In this document: piece after piece, positions 29,065 to 40,621 of the stretch
Layout of the letters: every line of letters starts with the position of its first letter
Numbering within the stretch: the stretch's first letter is position 1
Assembly: GCF_964355755.1 (NCBI RefSeq)
Contig: NC_092679.1
Span: forward strand, 17,343,432 to 17,407,431
Origin: Antedon mediterranea
Taxonomy: Eukaryota > Animalia > Echinodermata
DNA length: 64,000 nt
Direction of reading: 5' to 3'
Notes under the pieces: model-generated
Databases searched by the model: none
What the model was told of the DNA's origin: nothing
Seen by the model: the letters and a program-made list of their open reading frames with translations, nothing else
Made by a program: the position numbers and the translations under genes

Positions 29065-30065
29065 TTTTATAAGATAAGATAAGATAAGATAAATCTTTAT
29101 TGTCATGAACACAACAAGGCGAACATGAAATTGGTTTTCCTTGATGCTTAAAAACACATACAATATATAAAACATTAAAAATATCAATACAATACATTAA
29201 AACTATATACAGTAGTAAACAAGTAAACAAACTATCTTTGGAATGTTGTGTTGGAAACATGAATAGAGTTGTGGACAAATGATTTCCTACATCGAGTGGT
29301 ATTGCACATTAAAGGACGAATTCTACCTGATTTATTAACAACATATTTATCATTCAATGGGTGTGAGTTATCTTCTTCCATTATTTTCTTAACTTGGCTA
29401 ATAACATCGCGGCTGTAAACTGCGTCGATAACATTGACATTCCTTCCTATTATTTTACTAGCAGTTTTCATAGCACGGTCAAGTTTCTTTTTATCATTAG
29501 CACTCAGACTATTGTACCAAACAACACAGTTGAAAGTTGCAACACTAAGAATAACACTCTGGTGAAACATAAAAAGTACATCATTATTCACTCTGAAAGA
29601 GTTCAGCTTTCTGAGAAGGTACAGCCGTTGATTACATTTTTTAACAATATTTACAGTATTTGCATTCCAATTTAATTCACAATCTACCGTTGTTCCTAAA
29701 TATTTATGTTCTTTTACAGTTTCTATCTTTTGGTCGTTTAATACAATATTATCAATAACACTTTTCTTCTTTCTGAAATCAAAAATTAATTCTTTGGTCT
29801 TATCCGCGTTTAATATAAGAAAATTTTTCTTACACCACGACTCAAACAACTTAAGTGTATTTCTATAATCATCTTCAGAGTTATGCTGAATTATACCCGT
29901 AACAACAGAATCATCTGCATACTTAACTATACTAACATAATTACTTTCAATTTTAAAATCATTTGTGTAAAGAGAGAAAAGAACAGGAGAAATAACACAT
30001 CCCCGAGGGACACCAGTGTTAGTGAAAAGTGAAAATCTTATTAAAAGTATAAAAGGAGCATTGCA
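29065..30065 (-). mobile_element. 5'-truncated non-LTR retrotransposon (CR1/L2 group) RT fragment
   Basis: ORF 30089-29232 with GVPRGCVISPVLFSLY, KYADD and KYLG; 3' (TCTTA)n tail at ~29069-29092. Confidence 0.92.
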
Positions 30066-30511
30066 AATAAGAAGCTTAATAAATTCCAACTAAAACGTTG
30101 ATTTATGGTGCTTTGTTGTCAGTTTAATTTATAAGAGATTACAGTACAGTAATTGCATCTTTAAAGAATTTACCAATCACAAAAGCGACTCGAATAGTCC
30201 ATCGGTTGTGATTGGTCAAATCTTTGCGTTGCGTCCTAGTGGGAAACAAGTTTTAACAAGGAAGTTCGTAAATTAAACAGCGATCCTCAACTTCGGAACG
30301 GTTAGATCTATTTGTAATTCATGAATTAATAAAGTAATGCTTATTCAATATTAATTAGTCAACCTTTTGGTTTTGAATACATTTCTGATGAATAAACATC
30401 TACGGTACTAAACATGGTACGGTTGATAAAATTACATGTATGAAAATAAAATAAAAATCAATAATCCTTAACCAATCACAGAGCTCATTGTCTCAAATTT
30501 CGACAAACTCT

Positions 30512-30536
30512 GGAAATTCCCAACACTAGTATAAAA
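30512..30536 (+). promoter_or_regulatory. Core promoter of kinase paralog 2: kB site + TATA box
   Basis: GGAAATTCCC at 30512-30521, 8 nt spacer, TATAAAA at 30530-30536, with CCAAT just upstream. The motifs are conserved with paralog 1 while the flanks have diverged. Confidence 0.75.
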
Positions 30537-31420
30537 GAGAGTATTGATTTAGGTAGTGTCACATCGTGCCGTTGTCCGGGAACAGTGACATATCTAGATG
30601 CATTTTTATCCTGCACTTATTTTATAATATTGATTGATTGACACAGGAGAATAATATTTTGGCAGTAAGGCTCAGGTAAGTATTCTATATTACCTCCCTT
30701 TTTTTCATAAATTTTCTTATATTTTTCTATACTACATTTACAAAGGAAGTTTAAAAAGTTGACACAAAGAAGATATGCCCAAATAAATGCACCGTTAACC
30801 TTTTTTGTTTCCAAACATCGTTAAAACATATATATCATTGCTGTTAGGCAGTATTTTATGTAACATTTTATAATTGAATTGTGCTAGTTTCTTATCCTTC
30901 GTTTTACTTTCCGTAACCAAGATGTTTTCCAATCTATGATGTTGTCATAGAAGTACTCTTCCTATTAGTTGTGACATTGGAATACAGAAATATTTCACAT
31001 TCTATTGTCTCGTTCGTGTTTAAGTAACCAGGGGAAAATGTCCCGGGGACAGCCTAGAAACATGTGTTTGATTAACTCGAATAGATTCGCCTATTACAGT
31101 GAAAAACAGGTGTTAAATATATTGATCTGTATTCTGGGAAACATTGTATTAGGCCATACAGATAGCAGGCCTACCTCTGTGATTAGCTGAAAGGTGTAAT
31201 AATACAATAGGCCTACTGTAGTACAATACTCATTTCACGCATATTATTGATTTATATGTGGTTATTCTTTAGAAAGTAAACCATATGTGTTATACATATT
31301 TATTCATTACACACAATAAATAAAAGCATGTTGCATGTTTTCTACTTTATCTCCAAATAATAGTATACCGGTACATCTTGCAGATTGCATTTAGCTGAGC
31401 TGTGAATTAACAGTTTGAAA

Positions 31421-34400
31421 ATGCCCCGTGGAACAACATACGCCGACAATTCCTCTAACAGAAGTCTTGGTAGGGCTGGTTTGCCTATGGGTAGTGCTCC
31501 AGTATCTAGTGGAGGAGGAAGCTCTGGTGGAAGCTTATGTAGTGGATTGGGAGAAATCTTAAGTGGTGGATATGGAGGAAGCTCAAGTAGTGGATATGGC
31601 AGTAGCAACTACACTGGTAGTTCTGAGTCTTCTTCTAAAACCTATGTTGATAACTCTTACAACCGTAGTATTGGTAGAGTTGGCATGGAACATGGATCGA
31701 AGGTAGTCTCCTGCAGTTCAGCAATCAGTGATTCCACACCTAAAACCTATGTTGATAACTCTTACAACCGCAGTTTCGATAGAGTTGGCATGGAACATAG
31801 ATCGAAGGTAGTCTCCTGCAGTTCAGCAATCAGTGATTCTACATCTAAAACCTATGTTGATAACTCGTACAACCGCAGTTTCGATAGAGTTGGCATGGAA
31901 CATGGATCGAAGGTAGTCTCATGCAGTTCAGCAATCAGCGATTCTGCACCTAAAACCTATGTTGATAACTCTTACAACCGCGGTTTCGATAGAGTTGGCA
32001 TGGAACATGGATCGAAGGTAGTGTCCTGCAGTTCAGCAATCCGCAATTCTACACCTAAACCCTATGTTGATAACTCTTACAACCGCAGTTTCGATAGAGT
32101 TGGCATGGAACATGGATCGAAGGTAGTGTCTTGCAGTTCAGCAATCCGCAATTCTACACCTAAAACCTATGTTGATAACTCTTACAACCGCAGTTTCGAT
32201 AGAGTTGGCATGGAACATGGATCGAAGGTAGTCTCCTGCAGTTCAACAATCAGCGATTTTACACCTAAAACCTATGTTGATAACTCTTACAATCGCGGAT
32301 TCGATAGAGTTGGCATGGAACATGGATCGAAGGTAGTCTCCTGCAGTTCAGCAATCAGCGATTCTACACCTAAAACCTATGTTGATAATTCACCGAACCG
32401 TAGTTTCAATAGAGTTACCATGAAACATAGAACCATGGTAGTCCCTCGCAGTTCAGCAAGCAGCAAACCTACACCTAAAACCTATGTTGATAATTCACCG
32501 AACCGTAGTCTCGGTAGAGCTGGCATGGAACATGGAACCATGGTAGTCCCTCGCAGTTCAGCAAGCAGCGATTCTACAACTAAAACCTATGTTGATAATT
32601 CACCGAACCGTAGTCTCGGCAGAGTTGGCATGAAACATGGAACTATGGTAGTCCCTCGCAGTTCAGCAAGCAGCAAACCTACACCTACAACCTATGTTGA
32701 TAACTCTTACAACCGTGGTATCGGTAGAGTTGGCATGGAACATGGAACCATGGTAGTCCCTCGCAGTTCAGCAAGCAGCAAACCTACACCTAAAACCTAT
32801 GTTGATAATTCACCAAACCGTAGTCTCGGCAGAGTTGGCATGGAACATGGAACCATGGTAGTCCCTCGCAGTTCAGCAAGCAGCGATTCTACAACTAAAA
32901 CCTATGTTGATAATTCACCGAACCGTAGTCTCGGCAGAGTTGGCATGAAACATGGAACTATGGTAGTCCCTCACAGTTCAGCAAGCAGCAAACCTACACC
33001 TAAAACCTATGTTGATAACTCTTACAACCGTGGTATCGGTAGAGTTGGCATGGAACATGGAACCATGGTAGTCCACCGCAGTACAGCAAGCAGCGATTCT
33101 ACACCTAAAACCTATGTTGATAATGCCTCTAACAGAAGACTTGGTAGAACTGGGAAGCCTCTTGGAAGTATGCCGGTGAGTTCAAAGAAAACCAAATCAA
33201 CTGAGTATCTGCAGAAGGCTCACGAACACATGATGAATAACTCGGTATGTTTTTGTTTTTTTTTTTCATTATACAATATCTTTCCTCTCTATCAACACCA
33301 TCGTATATAAACATCATTTTTAGCTTTTTCAGGATTTAGTAATAATAAGCAAGATGGCGCAGGAAAAAAGTATACAATTAGAAAGTAGGCCTAACGTAAT
33401 TAAATGAACATGCTTGAATTCTACATTATAGGAATGAATGAATTATTAATGTGCACCATATCAGAAGCAGTTTGACAATTATGTAACTGTGAAAGTCTTT
33501 GTTAAACCTTCATTTTAGAGTTAAGGAAATGCAAAACTAAGATGAAAAGTGGAGAATGGTGAGGGGTGGGGGAAGTGAAGAAAATGGCTCGAAATCTTCT
33601 ACTCAATATGCAGACATCTTTAATTGTACACCATATATATTATTATTATATTATTATTACTGTTGCTGTTGCCGTTGCCGTTGCTTTTATTGTTATTGTT
33701 ATTATTTACAGTATGAAGAATTTGAAGCGCCATTTAAAGCAGACGGAAATTTGGAGTCTCATTTGATTGAACAGCTTAATCGTATGGATTTATCAAAAAT
33801 AAAAAAGAGAAAACCATTTGAATGGTACGATGGTCCGATTATTAAGTTCAATGACCTCGCTCTCGATAAGAAAATAGGTCATGGTGGCTTTGGCGACGTT
33901 CATCACGGCTATATGAAAGGAAAGGACGTTGCTATTAAGAAGTTACGCGTGCAGCGTGTGAGTCAAAAGAGATTGACTCAGTTTGAAGACGAAGTTCGAA
34001 TCTTCTGCAAACTCAAACACAAGAACATCATTACCTTTTATGGTGCCTGTATCGAGAAACCTAACCTCTGCATCGTGATGGAGCTTATGAATGGAAGTCT
34101 GTATGACGAACTGCATGTCAAAGAGCACGAGTTCAGTGATACGGAGCAGACATTTATTGCAAGGGAAGTAGCTGATGGTCTGAGGTATCTCCATGTTTTG
34201 AATGTTGCTCACTGTGACATCAAACCAACGAATGTACTAATCAACATTGCTGCTGATGTTGCGAAGCACCAAGTAAAGATTACAGATTTTGGCTTGAGCA
34301 AGATCAAGAACAAGCATTCAGATGCAGCTGGCGACGACATGGTACGTGAACTTGGTACTCCGCGTTATTCAGCACCAGAGGTTCTACGCGGTGAATTCCT

Positions 34401-34674
34401 TGATACCAATGGAATGATGATGGCAGATGTTTACTCATTTGGTTTGGTAATATTTGAAATATTTAGTGGCGATGAGGTTTTTCACGATTACAACGCGCAT
34501 CAGTTGAGGAAGAATGTTGGAAATGGTGACCACAAGCCGCCTGTACAAGATCTGGGGTTGTCTGGCCCGCTGCAAGACTTGATGCTGAAATGTTGGGAAA
34601 GATCTCCAACCACACGTCCTACGGCTAGTGAATGTTATACATCTTTACAGTTGATTTACCTAACGACTGTTTAG
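31421..34674 (+). CDS. Repeat-kinase paralog 2: sixteen repeats + TKL-type kinase, ~928 aa
   Basis: Coding exons 31421-33244 and 33712-34674, with the same intron position and kinase motifs as paralog 1. Non-coding exon ends at 30675 (cag|gtaagt); acceptor at 31383. Confidence 0.93.
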
Positions 34675-35634
34675 TAGGAAGGATTTTGCATCGGTGGAGC
34701 ATATTTTTAAAGAGGAAAATTTTGGTGGTGTTTCTTTTTAATAGATGTCTATGTATCGTTGAGTGTACATACATACATGTTTGGTTTATAATGTTCATTT
34801 GTATGTAGTTTAAGTTGACTGCACCACTAATGAGTGTGTTGTCACTGATTCAAAAGTGTTTGTCAATAAAGTTACTACTTTTACAGCTACATACCTAAAT
34901 ACCAGCTCACCCCTTAACATTTTTTGAAAACAAATATTTTCTAAGGAAACTTGAATTCCTTACGGATAAATATCCTAACGTATCCTAACGCGTGTAATTA
35001 AATAAATAGTATAAGTATATTTTAAATAAGAGCGAACCTTAATTTGGTTATTTGTATTTGCTGATCAAATAGATATATTTAATTTTAATGTATATAGTAC
35101 GTTGCATAGTTTTAATCGACATTTGATTTTAAGTTGTTACAATTACATTGTACAATGTATGTGGTCGGGCATTACATAATGTTCGAAATTGTGTATTTTG
35201 TGTAGTATATGATAAGGTGTTAAATATAGATAGAATTTTAACTTCAAAGTTTAGTATACTGTAAACAAGAATTTCAGCCTGAGTTTCCGATGGCAGGTTT
35301 GGTGTTAGTAAAACTATAACTATATAATATCATTCATTCATTTTATATTCGAAGTCGGAGTGTATCTAAATGCAAGTAGGATAGGGAGTTTAGGGCATAT
35401 ATTAAGTTTCAATGTTGCTTTTGCTAGCTTAATAAATTTCAAATACGGTAGGGCCTACAGTATGAATGTCGATTTATTGTGCTTTGTTATAGTAAAATAT
35501 CATGATGAAGATGATGATGGTGATGAAAATGACGACGAGAGCAATAGACAGTATGGTATTGATAAATGTTCTCCGCATGTAAAATGGGTATGTGATGATG
35601 ACGTCATACATAATACGGTTGCCAGTATCTTCAT

Positions 35635-36498
35635 TAATATCATTAATGTTACTTTATTTTATTTTTTTATTTTATTCAATCAAAACCAACAGCGATAAAT
35701 ACCGCCACTAACAGGTTTGAAACATAAAACAATACAACATCAAAAACGGTTAACAATAAAATACAGATAAAATATATATATATATATATATAAAACATAG
35801 ATTGGCATGCCATAAACAATTTCAATTAAAACAGGTTATGCAGGCTGTTCAAGAAGTGAACACATCATCGTCCTCTTAAAATAACCAAGTCTATCATTAA
35901 AAATATCGATATGATTGCTATTTAGATTATTAAATGTATAAGGTAGTCTATGAAAAAGTCCCCTCTTAGTACAGTCGACACGGCTAAAAGGAATATGCAA
36001 TAAATGTCTATTTCGTGTACGACCAGGAACATTTAAACTAAATAGTGAAATTAATGAACAGTCATATTTAGAATTTAAAATATTATATAAAAAAACCATA
36101 TCAGATATCGTTCGACGATTGCTGACAGAATCAATGGAAAAGGCAAAATTAACACAGTTATAAGACAGGAATCGAACAAACTTCCGTTGAACAGTGTCGA
36201 TTCGACGGGCCTGACATGGAGAAATTGAATTGAAAATTGCGGAACAATATTCAAGGTGAGGACGTATAATAGATTTGTATAAAGATAAAAGTGCCCTGCC
36301 GTCGTTCATAAACCTACAATTTCTCCATATTAAGCCCATCATTCTATTAGCTTTTGACAACACATGATTAATATGTGAAAAAAAATTTAATTTACTATCA
36401 ATAAAAATACCTAAATCTTTCCATACATAAACCATCTCAAGATCATGTCCACTCAGATTATAATTGAAGAGCACAGGCCTTTTTTTTTTTTTTTTTTT
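35635..36498 (-). mobile_element. 5'-truncated non-LTR retrotransposon (CR1/Jockey group), RT C-terminal part
   Basis: ORF 36474-35836 with KDLGIFIDSKL, KANRMMG and LYKSIIRPHLEYC; A-rich tail. The empty site is visible in the duplicate at ~37447-37466. Confidence 0.9.
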
Positions 36499-36600
36499 AC
36501 AAGTTACAAGTATTATATTAGCCTATAGCTACTTATCAGGCCTAATGAATATGATTATGACATTTCCCGTCACTTGAGGAGGAATGTTGGAAATGGTAAC

Positions 36601-37110
36601 ATTCACGGAATAATTAAGTTCAGTAGTGCCGTGTGCAAACCAGCCAATCAGGTAGCTCAGTGGTCGGTATTTCCAAGTTTCATCAAGACGGGGAATACCC
36701 TCCACCTTCTCACTGAACAAGGAAAGGGAAGAGAGGCAACGATATGTGTTTCATTATATGAGTTACCGTATGTTGCCGAATGAAAGACTAATATAATTAT
36801 ATATTTATCGACTGATGATCCGAACGAGGCAACAAACGTACGAGCTAGGTCCAAAGTCCACACTCTGAGACTGAGTAAGTAATCATTATCAAGCCTACTA
36901 GACTAACTAACTAAGCCTAGGCTATATATATTCCAATGAACCATCATATCATATTATCATATAACTGTCTAACCTAGGCCAGCCTACCCTACTAAAGGGG
37001 GTGATGTACACCATTAGCGCTACCTCCTGTTTTTGCGCTCGTTACAATCGGTAATTAATTAAAAATATCAACTAACACTATTTAATTTATTGATAAAACC
37101 ACAGTTAAAT
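36601..37110 (+). repeat. Diverged duplicate of the NOV promoter/first exon and part of its intron 1
   Basis: 36601-36990 aligns by eye with ~42979-43385, and ~37008-37110 with ~43771-43870. CCAAT, GGGGAATACCC and the gtaagt donor are retained. Confidence 0.9.
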
Positions 37111-37281
37111 AGGCCTAGGCTCTGAACAAATAGACTTATCCCTATCCGGAGATCATGCTAGCTTGAACGATATGCGGGCCATGCCAAACAGCCTTTATGG
37201 CATAGTTTTAATGTTGCTTTTCCTAGCTTAATAAAATTCAAATACGGTACAGTATAAATGTCGATTTATTGTGCTTTGTTT

Positions 37282-37313
<32 letters not shown>

Positions 37314-38022
37314 GGGGATGATGATGATGGTGATGATTATGACGACGAGAGCAATAGACAGTATGGTATTGATAAACGTTCTCTACATGATGTAAGATGG
37401 GTATGTGATGATATGTCTAATTGACCATCATACATAATACGGTTATCAGTATCTTCTGTTACAAGTACTATAGCTACGCTAATCAGGCCTAATTAAAATG
37501 ATAATGACATTTCCCGTCATTGTTATTCCTGGGAAAAAGGAAGTAAGTTTATGGATTAATGTCATTTAAGTAAGTTCCGTCTGTATAATCAATGAGGGAG
37601 CTCGGTGGTGGGTATGTCTAAATTTCCAAACAGGAAAGTGTTTATTTTAGTTGCCGAATTTAATGAGTCATATCCGTTGCTGCTTTACAATGTTTGGTGT
37701 TTTGCCGTCATAAAGTAAGGGGAGCATACGTTCCGTGCTCCTCAGTACTACTAAATACGTAGCTCATTTCACTTAAAAAGAATCAGGCGAATTCAGGGTA
37801 ATTTAAATAATATTAATAGTAAAAAAAAATAGATGTCAAAATTACTTAATTTTTTAGCTGTCAAAGGAGGAGAGGGCATCCCTGGATCCGCTCCATGTAA
37901 AATGTAAATAAGTGTTTACAGTTAACATAATTATACTTATCATTCATTTTTAGTGACATCCAAAATGTATAATGACGTCTTTCAGATTACATTTAGCTGA
38001 GTTGTAAGCAAACTGTTTTAAA

Positions 38023-40621
38023 ATGCCTCGTGGATCAACATACACTGATAATGCCGCTAACAGAAGACTGGGTAGGGCTGGTTTGCCTATGGGTAGTGCT
38101 CCAGTATCGAGATCTAGTGGAGGAAGTAGTTATCTTGGTAGTTGTGGGTCTTCTAAAACATACGTTGATAATGCATACAACCGTAGTTTTGGTAGAGTTG
38201 GTATGGAACATGGAACCATGGTAGTCTCTCGCAGTTCATCAAGCAGCAATTCTAAACCTGGTACCTATGTTGATAATGCATACAACCGTAGTTTTGGCAG
38301 AGTTGGTATGGAACATGGAACCATGGTGGTCTCTCGCAGTTCATCAAGCAGCAATTCTAAACCTGGTACCTATGTTGATAATGCATACAACCGTAGTTTT
38401 GGTAGAGTTGGTATGGAACATGGAACCATGGTAGTCTCTCGCAGTTCATCAAGCAGCAATTCTAAACCTGGTACCTATGTTGATAATGCATACAACCGTA
38501 GTTTTGGTAGAGTTGGTATGGAACATGGAACCATGGTAGTCTCTCGCAGTTCATCAAGCAGCGATTCTAAACCTGGTACCTATGTTGATAATGCACACAA
38601 CCGTAGTTTTGGCAGAGTTGGTATGGCACATGGAACCATGGTAGTCTCTCGCAGTTCATCAAGCAGCGATTCTACACCCAAAACCTATGTTGATAATGCA
38701 TCCAACCGTAGTTTTGGTAGAGTTGGTATGGAACATGGAACCATGGTGGTCTCTCGCGGTTCATTAAGGAGCGATTCTAAGCCTGGTACCTACGCTGACA
38801 ATGCATTCAACCGTAGCCAGGGTAGAGTTGGCATGGATCATGGAACCATGGTAGTTTCTTCGAAGAGCTCAAGCACCAGTAAAGATCAGCTGAAAAATCC
38901 TGAAGTTAAGCTATATAAAGATAACGCTGCCAATAGAAGACTTGGTAGAGCCGGGAAGCCTCTTGGAAGTATGCCTGTGAGTTCGAAGAAAACCAAATCA
39001 ACTGAGTATCTGCAGAAGGCTCACGAACATCTGATGAATACTCCGGTACGTGTCTTATTTCTAATAAGAGTTTTTAAATTACAATTACCTAGCTAAAGTA
39101 TACTATATCTTATACCCCACACTTTCTTTCCTCTCAAATCCATTCTATCGTTATCAGAATGTGAAAACGTAACCTGCTCTAAAAAAAATCATCGTATGAA
39201 ATAGAAAATTGTACGTATTGTGAAATGTTTGAATACAATACAAAAGGAAAACAAATATGACAATTTATTGCTATTAAACAAAATATAAGGTACTGTATTA
39301 TTATTGCTTTCAATTTTTTATTATAATGTTATCATATTATATAATACAGAATAAAATGGATTAATATAAAATCTTGTATACATCATTATGCTAACTATTT
39401 TCTTTATGATGATTTCATTCCATTAATATCAAACCTTTTTTAAATAAATAAATAAATATCTTTAATCTGTAACTCTAACGGAGTGTTCTAGATGGCATAT
39501 CATAAATAAATGGCCTTCGAGTTGTTAATGAAGGCTTGTCTGTCCATTCCAACATTATCGAGAACTTTGTTTTGGCTATACGACTTCATTCATACAATTT
39601 AAATACGCATCTTTTTGCTATCATTATTATTCTTGTTATTATTATTATTATACAGAATGAAGAGTTTAAACCACTATTTAGAGCAGACGAAAATTTGAAG
39701 TCGCATCTGACTGAACAGTTTATTCGTATAAACTTACTGCGGAAACAAACCAGTGCAGCCACAAGAAAACCATTTGAATGGTTCCAGGGTCCGATTATTA
39801 AATTCTGTGACCTCAGTCTCGGTGACAAAATTGGTCACGGTGGCTTTGGCGACATTCATCACGGCTATATGAACGGAAAGGAAATTGCTATTAAGAAGTT
39901 ACGTGTGCAGCGTGTGAGCCAGAAGAGGTTGACTCAGTTTGAAGACGAAGTTCGAATCTTCTGCAAACTCAAACACAGGAACATCATTACTTTCTATGCT
40001 GCCTGTATCGAGACACCTAACCTCTGCATCGTGATGGAGCTTATGAATGGAAGTCTGTATGACGAACTGCATGTCAAGGAAACCGAGTTCAGTGATACGG
40101 AGCAGACATTTATTGCAATGGAAGTAGCCGATGGTCTGAGGTATCTCCATGCTAGGAATGTTGCTCACTGTGACATCAAACCAACGAATGTACTAATTGC
40201 TGCTGATACCGCAAACAAGCTTGATGTAAAGATTACAGATTTCGGATTAAGTATGATAAAAGACTACTCTGACATGGCACGTGAACTTGGTACTCCGCGT
40301 TATTCAGCACCAGAGGTTCTACGTGGTGAATTCCTTGACACCAGTGGAATGATGATGGCAGATGTTTACTCATTTGGTTTGGTAATATTTGAAATATCTA
40401 GTGGCTATGAGGTTTTTTACGATTACAACGCTCATCAGTTGAGGATGAATGTTGGAAATGGTGACCACAAGCCGCCGGTACATAATTTGCTGTTGCCAGG
40501 TAAGCTGCAAGACTTGATGCTAAAATGTTGGGAAAGAACTCCAACCACACGTCCTACTGCTGGTCAATGCTTTTCATCTTTAAAGGATCTGTACAAAAAC
40601 TATGTATTCAATCGGTGCTGA
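38023..40621 (+). CDS. Repeat-kinase paralog 3: nine repeats + TKL-type kinase, ~662 aa
   Basis: Coding exons 38023-39045 and 39656-40621, same intron position, intact kinase motifs. 5'UTR acceptor at 37985. Confidence 0.92.

Noticed and set aside
36811-36874. CTGATGA...CTGA as a C/D snoRNA or hammerhead ribozyme
   Set aside because: No stem II + GAAA hammerhead core and no terminal stem; the paralogous copy at ~43219-43285 lacks the CTGA D box. Better explained as a 5'UTR exon.
31640-38830. 105-bp regular repeats as a CRISPR-like array
   Set aside because: Units are contiguous, in-frame coding repeats without unique spacers; eukaryotic context, no cas genes.
26776-39655. N-terminal extensions of the kinase ORFs in the track (e.g. 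YYYYCCCCRCRC, IIIILVIIII as a TM segment)
   Set aside because: They are intronic, upstream of the conserved cag acceptor, and differ in every paralog.
33943-40168. Paralogous antisense ORFs (33943-34212, 39899-40168, also 26069-26287 and 33129-33317)
   Set aside because: Shadow frames of the duplicated kinase genes; their similarity is explained by the sense strand.
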